Shown: piece after piece, positions 53,723-62,142 of the stretch
Numbering within the stretch: the stretch's first letter is position 1
Layout: each line of letters begins with the position of its first letter
Origin: Planctomycetota bacterium
Lineage (GTDB): Bacteria > Planctomycetota > SZUA-567 > H5-PLA8
NCBI GenBank assembly: GCA_038227875.1
Contig: JBBRPR010000018.1
Span: 64,001-128,000, forward strand
Length of the DNA stretch: 64,000 nucleotides
Direction: 5' to 3'
The notes under the pieces: model-generated
Seen by the model: only the letters and a program-made list of their open reading frames with translations
The model's database searches: none
What the model was told of the DNA's origin: nothing
Position numbers and translations under genes: made by a program

Positions 53723-54682
53723 CTACAGATCCGCGCTCAAGACCGGATGTTTCGGCTTCTTTCCCGCGAGCACGCCCAGCACATCGTCGACCACTTCCGC
53801 GTAGCCGAGATTCGCTTCCAGCGTCTGCGCGGCTGAGTGGGGCGAGAAAATCGCTTTCTCGCACTTCAACAACGGATGATCCGCCGGCGGGATCTCTGGG
53901 TCGAAGACATCGATGCCCGCGCCGCCAAGTTTCCCAGCGTTCAGTGCTGACGCGACTGCAACGGTGTCGACGATCGCGCCGCGAGCGCAGTTGATCAACA
54001 CTGCGTGCGGCTGCATCCATCCCAGCTGCTTCGCACCGATCAGGCCACGGGTGGTTTTATTGAGCGGCGTGTGAATCGTCACGACATCGCTTTTCTGCAG
54101 GAGCGACTTTAACGGCACGCGCTTCGCCCCAAGTCGCCGCTCGAGTTTGGGAAAGGCAACGATGTCGGCGTAGAGTACCTTCAGCCCAAAGCCGCGAACC
54201 GCGATTTCCGCGACGCTCGACCCGATCCGGCCCAACCCCACGACGCCCAGCGTCTTCCCGGCCAGTTGAAACGATTTCAACCGCTCGCGGATATCGTAAT
54301 CGCCCGCGCGAACGGCGCGGTCGGCAAGCAGGGAGTTCTTGGTCAGCGCGAGGATCATCCCCCACGTGTGTTCGGTCACCGCAATGCGGCTGCCGCTGGG
54401 AGTGTTCACGACGGTGATGCCCAGTTTGTTTGCCGCAGCAACATCGATGTGATCAACGCCGATGCCATGCCGCCCGACGACTTTCAAATTCGGCGACGCG
54501 CGCAGGATCTTTTCCGTCACGCAGCCCTTGGTGCGAATGATGATCGCGTCGACCTTCTCCGCCGCAACCACGCGCGCCAGCGAATCTTCGTCAAACCCGT
54601 CCGGCCGGACCACGCGCGCCTTGCTCTCCAGCTTCTTCAAATACGTCGGATGAATCTTCTCAACCAGCAGCACCGTATACAT
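53723..54682 (-). CDS. D-isomer-specific 2-hydroxyacid dehydrogenase (PGDH-like)
   Basis: RHGIGVDHID, GLGRIG, INCARG, DVFDPE and SPH motifs. Confidence 0.9.
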   Translation of the reverse strand: MYTVLLVEKIHPTYLKKLESKARVVRPDGFDEDSLARVVAAEKVDAIIIRTKGCVTEKILRASPNLKVVGRHGIGVDHIDVAAANKLGITVVNTPSGSRIAVTEHTWGMILALTKNSLLADRAVRAGDYDIRERLKSFQLAGKTLGVVGLGRIGSSVAEIAVRGFGLKVLYADIVAFPKLERRLGAKRVPLKSLLQKSDVVTIHTPLNKTTRGLIGAKQLGWMQPHAVLINCARGAIVDTVAVASALNAGKLGGAGIDVFDPEIPPADHPLLKCEKAIFSPHSAAQTLEANLGYAEVVDDVLGVLAGKKPKHPVLSADL

Positions 54683-54727
54683 CAAAGACCACCCATCCGC
54701 ATGCGACAATGGAAAATGGAAAATGAC

Positions 54728-55678
54728 CTATGGATTCACCACATTCAGCGGTGTCCCGCGCACAAACGCTTCAATGTTCTCCACGCACACCTTCATCAGC
54801 CGCTGCCGCGCCGCGCGCGTGGCCCAGGCAATGTGCGGCGTGACAATGCAGTTCTTCGCGCCGAAAAGCGGGTTGCCGGCCGTAGGCGGTTCCACTGCGA
54901 CTACATCCAGCCCCGCGCCGGCGATCACGCCGCGTTCCAGCGCGTCGGCCAGCGCCGCTTCGTCAATCAGCGGGCCGCGGCTGGTGTTCAGCAAGTAGGC
55001 GCTCTTCTTCATCTGAGTCAGGCGTGGCGCGTTGACGATCGCCTGCGTCTCGGGCGTGAGTGGACAGTGCAGACTCAAGACATCGCTGTCCTTGAAGACC
55101 GTGTCGAGATCGACGTGGCGCACGCTTAAGTCCGCCGGCTTGGTGCGGGTATGGACGATCACGTTCATGCCCAGCGCCTGGCCGATCTTCGCGACGGCCT
55201 GAGCGATGCGGCCGTAGCCGAGCAGACCCAGCGTCAGGCCGGCCAGTTCGACCTGCGGAGAAACCCAGTAACAAAAATCCGGTGAGGCCGTCCATTTACC
55301 GTTGCGGACGGAACTCGCGTGCGCGCCGACCGCGTTGGTCAGCTCCAGCAGCAGCGCGAACGTCGCCTGCGCAACGGAATGCGTACCGTACGCGGGCACA
55401 TTGGTGACGACGATCTTGCGCTGCTTGGCAGCGGCAATGTCGACGCAGTTGTAACCGGTGGCGAGCACGCCGATGTAGCGCAGCTTCGGGAGCTGCTCAA
55501 TGGCCGCGGCGCCGACCAGCGTCTTGTTGGTCAACGCGAACTCAGCGTCCTTCAGGCGTTCGACCACCTCCTCCTTCGGCGTGCGATCGTAAAGGCGGCA
55601 GCTACCGAGCTTGTGCAGCGTATCCCACGACAGGTCGCCGGGGTTAAGGGTGAAGCTGTCGAGTACCACAATGTTCAT
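54728..55678 (-). CDS. D-2-hydroxyacid dehydrogenase (glycerate dehydrogenase/hydroxypyruvate reductase-like)
   Basis: LNPGDLSW, ATGYN, GYGRI, NTSRG and TPHIAWAT motifs. Confidence 0.9.
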   Translation of the reverse strand: MNIVVLDSFTLNPGDLSWDTLHKLGSCRLYDRTPKEEVVERLKDAEFALTNKTLVGAAAIEQLPKLRYIGVLATGYNCVDIAAAKQRKIVVTNVPAYGTHSVAQATFALLLELTNAVGAHASSVRNGKWTASPDFCYWVSPQVELAGLTLGLLGYGRIAQAVAKIGQALGMNVIVHTRTKPADLSVRHVDLDTVFKDSDVLSLHCPLTPETQAIVNAPRLTQMKKSAYLLNTSRGPLIDEAALADALERGVIAGAGLDVVAVEPPTAGNPLFGAKNCIVTPHIAWATRAARQRLMKVCVENIEAFVRGTPLNVVNP

Positions 55679-55907
55679 GAGCGGCAATGCTCCCTATATA
55701 TGGAGGCCCAACCATACCTGTACATCAGACATCGTGCAACCCGCAGGGCATTTTTGCCGAGTGACTCGAAACCGGTGAAGATTTCGGCAATTTCGCAGGA
55801 TTCGCGTCACATATACAAGCAGAGACAAGTCCTTTGCAGTAAGCTTTTTGGCGCTCTTTCATGTTTTCCCGATTTACCCGTTACCTGTAGTCCATTTGGA
55901 GGCATTC

Positions 55908-56843
55908 ATGCGCAGGCTGTTGGGATGTACCGCAATGGTTGTGGCTACGATGGCGCTATCGCTATCGGCCAGTGAGGTGTGGACGGACGACTTCGCCGCG
56001 GCCAAGACTCAAGCCGCCAAAGAAAAGAAAGACATGCTGCTGGATTTCACCGGCTCCGATTGGTGCATCTGGTGTCAGCGTCTGCATCAGGAAGTGCTGA
56101 ACATCGATACCTTTCAAAGCGCCGCGCAGAAGAACTTCGTGCTGGTCGAACTGGATTTCCCGCGCGAAAAGCAACTCCCTGCCCCGACGCGCAAGCAGAA
56201 TGAAGACCTGCGCAAGCAGTTCGCCATTGAAGGCTACCCCAGTATCTACCTGACCGACGAAAAGGGCCGCCCGTACGCCAAGACCGGTTACGCCGCCGGC
56301 GGACCGGAGAAGTATCTGGAATCGCTGGAAAAGCTGCGCGCCCAGAAAGGTCCGCGCGACGAAGCGCTGAACAAAGCCGATAAGGCCACCGGCGTTGAAC
56401 GCGCCAAGTTGCTCGATCAGGCACTGACCCTGCTAGCAGCCAATGGCATCAACAACGGCTACGCCGACCTGGCGACGGAAATTCAGACTCTCGACAAGGA
56501 CAACACCGCCGGATTGAAGAAGAAGTACGAAGTGCGCGCGAAGTTCCAGGCTCTGATGGGCGGACTGAACGAAGGCCCTCCGGACATGGCCGCGCTGATG
56601 ACCAAGGTCGAAGACCTGCTGAAGGAATCGGGCAGTGGTCTGAGCGCCGAGAACAAGCAGGACCTGCTCTTCCTGAAGGCCAACATCCTGGCGAGCAAGA
56701 AAGACATGCCCGCCGCGATCGCTGCGCTGAACCAGTCCAAAGCCGCCGCGCCGGAAAGCGAACGCGCCCAGATGATCGAAAAGATTCTGGCCAACATCGC
56801 CAAGCAGGCCGCGGGTGCGGGAGCGCAACCTGGCGTGAAGTAA
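55908..56843 (+). CDS. Exported thioredoxin-family protein with helical C-terminal region
   Basis: Signal peptide, FTGSDWCIWC and GYP cis-Pro motif. Confidence 0.88.
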   Translation: MRRLLGCTAMVVATMALSLSASEVWTDDFAAAKTQAAKEKKDMLLDFTGSDWCIWCQRLHQEVLNIDTFQSAAQKNFVLVELDFPREKQLPAPTRKQNEDLRKQFAIEGYPSIYLTDEKGRPYAKTGYAAGGPEKYLESLEKLRAQKGPRDEALNKADKATGVERAKLLDQALTLLAANGINNGYADLATEIQTLDKDNTAGLKKKYEVRAKFQALMGGLNEGPPDMAALMTKVEDLLKESGSGLSAENKQDLLFLKANILASKKDMPAAIAALNQSKAAAPESERAQMIEKILANIAKQAAGAGAQPGVK

Positions 56844-56882
56844 TCGAGACGTGCGAATTTAAAATTCAAAATGAAACATTCA

Positions 56883-56922
56883 AAAACGCACGCGGATGGC
56901 TGAGACCATCCGCGTGCGTTTT
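56883..56922. terminator. Bidirectional intrinsic terminator abutting the release-factor stop codon
   Basis: AAAACGCACGCGGATGG-CTGAGA-CCATCCGCGTGCGTTTT. Confidence 0.85.
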
Positions 56923-57289
56923 AATTTGCGCGCCGCCGCGCGCGGTCCTTCTGTTTGCGAATCCGATCGCGCTCCTTCAGCCGCTCGCTGGTTTCCGGCG
57001 AGATGCGGACTTCGACTTCGTCGACGAGTTCCCGAAGTGCCAGGAAACGATTGAGCGATCGCGAACGTTCGCGGGTCCATTTTACGGTGATCAGTTCGGG
57101 CGTGGCACCCGGCAGGGTGTAGCGCAGCAGCACGCCGCTGCTGGTCTTGTTCACTTTCTGCCCGCCGGGTCCCCCGCCCTTCACGGCCTGCTCGTCGACG
57201 GTGTTCATGTCGATACGCAAGCGGACGATACGTGCGCGAAGGTCGTCGAGCTTCGCGGGAGTGACGGGGGCGTCGGCGGGGAATTTCAT
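56921..57289 (-). CDS. Peptidyl-tRNA hydrolase domain (GGQ) ribosome-rescue factor, ArfB/C12orf65-like
   Basis: GGGPGGQKVNKTSSGV, RSRSLNR and a basic C-terminal tail; 122 aa from MKFP. Confidence 0.85.
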   Translation of the reverse strand: MKFPADAPVTPAKLDDLRARIVRLRIDMNTVDEQAVKGGGPGGQKVNKTSSGVLLRYTLPGATPELITVKWTRERSRSLNRFLALRELVDEVEVRISPETSERLKERDRIRKQKDRARRRAN

Positions 57290-57361
57290 GGCGTAATATG
57301 CTACGCGCTTGCAAATTTTCGAACACTGTATAAGCACAGTCGGCAGAAACGAACAAGGGAT

Positions 57362-57432
57362 TTGCAGGCGGGACGCCTGCACCACAATTGCAACTGGTCG
57401 GCGCAAGTTGTGGAGCAGGCGTCCCGCCTGCA
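57362..57432. repeat. Inverted pair of REP-like elements
   Basis: 57362-57388 plus the inverted copy TTGTGGAGCAGGCGTCCCGCCTGCA at 57408-57432 (one mismatch). Confidence 0.88.
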
Positions 57433-57458
57433 TCCGTGCATAGGAGCAATCTTCAACT

Positions 57459-58055
57459 TTGGAAACACCCGATACAGAACGCGACGTGGTCGAGATCAGC
57501 GCCGAGGATGCTGTCGCGAGCGGACTGCCGCCGGTGCGCATCGCCGTCGATATCACCGGCACCGATGTCATTCCCGACGTGCTCGGCGCACCGGAAGAGT
57601 ACCTCTTTCTGGCCGGGCCGGCCGAGAGCGCGCTGTTCCTGACCGTGCTGCCGTTGCCGGAGACTACGGCCGACAACGCCGCCTTCCGCGCGCTGGTCCA
57701 GCACTGCCACGGAGAAGACGCCACGTTCAAAATCGGCGAGCAGGGATTTCTCTTCCTGCGCGGCTTCGATTGTCCGGCGCTGGTCTACTTCGGCACGCAG
57801 AACGGAGTTCCCGTCGCGTGCGGCGCGATCGCGATTCCCTCGCCCGACACCGCCGAATCGCCGGGACTGCTGATTCTCTTTGGTGACAAAGGCGCGCCAG
57901 CTTCGGCGACGCTCGCCAGTCTGCGCCAGTCGGCACCGTTCAATCAACTGCTCGATGGGTTTGAGTGGGACTTCGACGTGGACGAGGAACGCGAAGTAAG
58001 CATCGATGATTCGGATTATGACGAACACGAGGCCGACTCTCCAACAGCCAGCTAG
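57459..58055 (+). CDS. Acidic hypothetical protein
   Basis: 198-aa ORF with TTG start and coding-like composition; no recognised motif. Confidence 0.55.
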   Translation: METPDTERDVVEISAEDAVASGLPPVRIAVDITGTDVIPDVLGAPEEYLFLAGPAESALFLTVLPLPETTADNAAFRALVQHCHGEDATFKIGEQGFLFLRGFDCPALVYFGTQNGVPVACGAIAIPSPDTAESPGLLILFGDKGAPASATLASLRQSAPFNQLLDGFEWDFDVDEEREVSIDDSDYDEHEADSPTAS

Positions 58056-58156
58056 CGCACGTGCAGCACTCGCGCAACAGATTACGCATGTGCAAATTTG
58101 CGGAAGTTACTTCCGATGTGGGATAATCAATACGTCCCTTCCGGAGGATCCTTCCG

Positions 58157-58774
58157 ATGCCTCGTGTCGCCACAATTTTACTGATCGCTTTCCTCGCCCC
58201 TTTCTTCGCCTATGCCGAAGATGGTGACGCTCTGCCGCACCGCAACAGCCGCGTGGAGTACCTCACCGAGAAACCCGACAAGGACACCAAGCCCGCCACC
58301 GAGATCGCACCGCCCGGCGACGTTCGCAAACGGCCGCTCAAGCAGATCATCGACTACCTTTCCTACAATTCCGGTATGAACATCACGCTGAAAACCGAAG
58401 CGCTCAACCGGATGGTCGTCGAAGTCGACTTGAGCAGCGACCCGAAGCATCCGAAGACCTGGCGCGATCAGCTCGAAGCCGTCTGCCAGAAGTACAAGCT
58501 GCGTATTGACGATTCCCATTTCAAAGAGCGCGTCGTCATCGTTTACAAACCCGAGACAATCACGTTCGACTACAAGGACGCCGATATCCGCCAGGTGGTG
58601 ATGACCATCGCCGAAGTCGGCAAGCTCAACGTCGTCATCGATCCGGAAGTCCAGGGCAAGGTCACGGCCTCGCTCAAAGACGTCCCCTGCGAAGACGCCC
58701 TCGACGTCGTCGTCAAATCGCTAGGCTACGTGATCGTCAGCGAAAAAGGCGCGCTGCGGATGATGAAGCAATAA
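58157..58774 (+). CDS. Exported protein made only of secretin N-terminal (STN/N0-like) domains
   Basis: Signal peptide. ITFDYKDADIRQVVMTIAEVGKLNVVIDPEVQGKVTASLKDVPCEDALDVVVKSLG resembles PilQ N0. No barrel domain. Confidence 0.8.
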   Translation: MPRVATILLIAFLAPFFAYAEDGDALPHRNSRVEYLTEKPDKDTKPATEIAPPGDVRKRPLKQIIDYLSYNSGMNITLKTEALNRMVVEVDLSSDPKHPKTWRDQLEAVCQKYKLRIDDSHFKERVVIVYKPETITFDYKDADIRQVVMTIAEVGKLNVVIDPEVQGKVTASLKDVPCEDALDVVVKSLGYVIVSEKGALRMMKQ

Positions 58775-58801
58775 CGGCGAGGACTGAGGACTGAGCAACA
58801 A

Positions 58802-58827
58802 AAACTCCCCGCTTACGCGGGGAGCTT
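58802..58827. repeat. Hairpin of the repeated family, with a compensatory change
   Basis: AAACTCCCCGC-TTAC-GCGGGGAG-CTT, preceded by GAGGACT heptamers. Confidence 0.7.
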
Positions 58828-58942
58828 ATGTTTTGGACCTGGCGCAAATTTGTCCCAGAGTGACTGATTCTAACCAGCGCGTAAATTTTCACACGCCGAG
58901 CCACTGAGCGAAGCGACGCGCCGTAACCTTAGTCCTCACGCC

Positions 58943-60124
58943 TCAGTCCTTCCGTTCGACGTCCAAGATCGCCTTCGACAACGCTTCCACAAAGAAATAC
59001 TCGCCCCACATCACCGATTCATCCACGCCCAGCTTCTTGTGAATATGGTAAACGCCGTGCTTCAAGATGCCTTCGTAGCCAGCTTCGCGACCGAGGTATT
59101 TGTCGGTAGTCAGCGACTTCATGATGCGGTGGAAGTAGTCGCGGTAGAGCTTCCTCTTTTCGTACGATGGCGAGATCAGCGACAGATCGTACAGACCCGA
59201 CGCGGCGATCGCGGCGGCGGAGCTGTCTTCAAGATTGCGGGACTCCACGGGCAGCGCGTCGTAATCCCACGGTGGCACGCCGCTTTCCGGCGTGTGCTGG
59301 ATGTAGTAGCGCGCGCACAGTTCGCTGGCGTCCAGGTACGCGCTGTCGCCAGTGAATCCGTAGGACGTGCAGAAACCGTAGAGCGCCCACGCCAAGCCGC
59401 GCGACCAGCACGAATCGCCACGGAAGCCCTGATGCGTCGTCTGCTTCTGGCATTCGCCCGTTTCGAGATTGAACATCGCTTCGTGCGAGGTCGAACCGTC
59501 GCCGCGGATCAGCGTGCGGATCGAGGTATGACAATGCGCGTTGGCCACGCGCAACAGTTCCTTCGCCTCTTTCAGCTTCCCGCGCTGCTTCTGCTTCTCG
59601 GCGGCGTAGAAGATGATGCCGACGTTCATCATGATGTCGACGAACAGCGATGCGTCTTCCACGAAACTGCGCAAGTACTGGCCCTTCTCTTTGAAGCGCA
59701 GACTCATCGTCGTGCCGGCCTGGATTAGCACGTCGTCGATGCCCTTCGCGTCGCCGGGTACCGTCGCGAGCGGGTTGGCGTCGGCCGTTTCCGTCAGCAT
59801 ATTCAGCCAGCGGCGGTAGGTGCTGAAGAAAATGAAGCCCAGATCATGCACCGCGCGGTCGTGCTGGCGGGGTTCCAGCGGCTTGGAATAGCGGATCGCG
59901 TTGCTCACCCAGTACTGATCGTGCGTGTGCTTGTAAAAGATCCACATCTGGCCGCCGAGGAATCCGTCGCACCAATGGGTCCACTTCTCGCCATCGTGCT
60001 TCCATTTCCCCTTCACGGTATACATGGGATAGAAGTCGGGATGCTGCTCGATCAGATGGCGCACCTGCTTCTGCGAAAAGTCGAACGCCGACTGCAACTG
60101 ACTCTTGTAGTCATTCAATGACAT
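58943..60124 (-). CDS. Glycoside hydrolase family 88 (unsaturated glucuronyl hydrolase-like)
   Basis: WCDGF, HDLGF, VDIMMN, HQG...[16 protein letters not shown] and WGEYFF motifs. Confidence 0.88.
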   Translation of the reverse strand: MSLNDYKSQLQSAFDFSQKQVRHLIEQHPDFYPMYTVKGKWKHDGEKWTHWCDGFLGGQMWIFYKHTHDQYWVSNAIRYSKPLEPRQHDRAVHDLGFIFFSTYRRWLNMLTETADANPLATVPGDAKGIDDVLIQAGTTMSLRFKEKGQYLRSFVEDASLFVDIMMNVGIIFYAAEKQKQRGKLKEAKELLRVANAHCHTSIRTLIRGDGSTSHEAMFNLETGECQKQTTHQGFRGDSCWSRGLAWALYGFCTSYGFTGDSAYLDASELCARYYIQHTPESGVPPWDYDALPVESRNLEDSSAAAIAASGLYDLSLISPSYEKRKLYRDYFHRIMKSLTTDKYLGREAGYEGILKHGVYHIHKKLGVDESVMWGEYFFVEALSKAILDVERKD

Positions 60125-60258
60125 CGCGTGCTCCTCAAACGTGGTTCGGGCGTCCCACCCGGTCCGTCTTGAAAGTGTTGCTTACTTTTCCCGGCACTGC
60201 GTCTCTTGCAAGAGTGACCTTGTCCCTCGCGGTCCGGGCAGGATGCCCGGACCACGGT

Positions 60259-62061
60259 TCACTCCGCCGGCTCCACCGCGTTGGCCGAAATCCGTTGCCA
60301 TTCCGCGTCGTCGAGCTTCGGGATGACCACCATGTCCTCACCGGCCGGCGGCAGATACGACGTCAACTTCAGCGCCGTCAGACGCTCCCGGTCGCCTACC
60401 AGCACCCGCGGGCCGGGCGTCTTCCCTGCCGCCAGTTCGGCGCGCAGCGTCGACAGCGGCTCGATCGGCCGCTCCAGGTAAAACACCAGTGTCGCGACCG
60501 ACTCTCCGCGCACCGCCGAATACACCGTGACTTTCGAATCCAGCGCCGCCAGTTGCGCGCGAATCTTCCCGGCCTCGTGTTCGAGCGGATATTCGCGCTG
60601 CTTGCTGGTCCAATGAAAGGTCCAGACCATCAACGCGCCAAATCCCACCACACCCAGCACCGCCGACGCTTGAATATTCCTGCCTTCCGCCCACTGCCGT
60701 GCGCAGAACGCGAATGCGACGATCACCGCGACGCCGATCGGAATCAGACTCCACCCCAGGAGGTCGTTGACCTTGATGATCAGGTCAGAGAGATGGTCGG
60801 CACGTCCCGTGGCCACTCCTTTAAGCAGGGGAATGGCGATCACCAACAATCCCAGCACGATGCCAAACACCAGCTGCGTCCACGCCAGCTTTTCTTCCGG
60901 TTCGCCGCCGGAGAACTTGAAGCGGCTGAGCATCAAGCCGGATGCCAGCGCCACGATTGGTAACAGCGGCAACAAGTAATACTCCTGGCCGCCCCGTGGA
61001 ATCATCAGGCCGATGAATCCCAGCACCGACCCGAGCGCGAAAAAACGCAGGTGTTCGTTGAGCACTTGATGCGGGTTGGGTTCGCCGGCTGGAAGTGGAA
61101 TGCGTTTTTTCAGCAGGAAAATCGGCCACGCGAACAGCAACACCGGCGTCCACGGCAACAGACCGCCGGCCAACTTGTAAAAGTAGAAGCCCATGTCGTG
61201 ATCGTGCGAGCTCTTCGTCACAATGTCGCCGGCTCTGCCGGTCATGTAGCTCAGCGTTCCTGGATGCTGGGCTTCCACCAGGTAGAACCACGGGCCGGCC
61301 AGGCAGACCGCGACGACCAGGCCCATCGCGAACAGCAGCACCTTGCGCGCATTGAACGCGCGTCGCAAGCCGATTTCAATCAGCAGCGGCCCGGCCAGAA
61401 ACGCGGGAGCCAAATGCCCCTTGGTCAGCACCGCCAGCCCCATCGCCACGCCAAACCCAAACGCCGCGAAGACGCCGGCGTGCGGCACGCACAGGATCCA
61501 CGCCGCCGCGCAGAACATGGCGCCGGTCGCGGCCGTCAACGTGGTATCGCCGTAGCCCAGATGTGAGTAATGGCAGACGAAGATCGAAAATCCGAAAATA
61601 ATTCCAGACATTACGCCCGCGGCACGTCCTCCAATCGTGCTGCCGTACAAAACGATCAGAAAAACGGTGAACGCCGAAAGCAATGCCGACGGCAGTTGCA
61701 CCGCGCGCGTCATCACCTTTTCGGAACGGTCGTCGCTGCCGCCGATGATCCGCGCGGTCAGCGCAGTCAACCAGTACGGCAACGGGGGTTTGGTCAGCCG
61801 CGGTACGCCGCCGACGGTGGGCACCACATAATTACTACTTTGTAACATTTCTCGCGCGACTTCAGCGATGCGGGTTTCCGGTGTTTCGAACAATGGGCGA
61901 TACAAAATTGCGGGAACGATGTAGAGCGCGAGCGCCAACGCACTTATGGAGGCGGCGAGCAACACGTCCGCGCGCCACTGCGCGGCATTTCGCGGCGGAA
62001 TACCGATCACCGGCATCTGGCGCGTCTCTGTATCCGCTTCGTCAGCCACAAGTTCCCTCAA
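60259..62061 (-). CDS. ArnT-like polyprenyl-phosphate-sugar glycosyltransferase (GT-C fold)
   Basis: ETRIAEVAREM...KPPLPYWL, LTKG, LLPWT and YYLLPLLP motifs; multiple TMs. Start uncertain (TTG 62061 or ATG 62016). Confidence 0.85.
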   Translation of the reverse strand: MRELVADEADTETRQMPVIGIPPRNAAQWRADVLLAASISALALALYIVPAILYRPLFETPETRIAEVAREMLQSSNYVVPTVGGVPRLTKPPLPYWLTALTARIIGGSDDRSEKVMTRAVQLPSALLSAFTVFLIVLYGSTIGGRAAGVMSGIIFGFSIFVCHYSHLGYGDTTLTAATGAMFCAAAWILCVPHAGVFAAFGFGVAMGLAVLTKGHLAPAFLAGPLLIEIGLRRAFNARKVLLFAMGLVVAVCLAGPWFYLVEAQHPGTLSYMTGRAGDIVTKSSHDHDMGFYFYKLAGGLLPWTPVLLFAWPIFLLKKRIPLPAGEPNPHQVLNEHLRFFALGSVLGFIGLMIPRGGQEYYLLPLLPIVALASGLMLSRFKFSGGEPEEKLAWTQLVFGIVLGLLVIAIPLLKGVATGRADHLSDLIIKVNDLLGWSLIPIGVAVIVAFAFCARQWAEGRNIQASAVLGVVGFGALMVWTFHWTSKQREYPLEHEAGKIRAQLAALDSKVTVYSAVRGESVATLVFYLERPIEPLSTLRAELAAGKTPGPRVLVGDRERLTALKLTSYLPPAGEDMVVIPKLDDAEWQRISANAVEPAE

Positions 62062-62142
62062 AAGAATTAGATCGGCGTAAGATAAAAGGTAAGATGTGCC
62101 ATGGCTAGGGAAGCTTTCACTTTTTGTTGAGGTTATAAAATT

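Noticed and set aside
57290..57730. N-terminal extension of the 269-aa ORF containing the GGQ factor
   Set aside because: It runs through the REP pair and overlaps the opposite-strand gene; ATG 57289 gives a typical-length protein.
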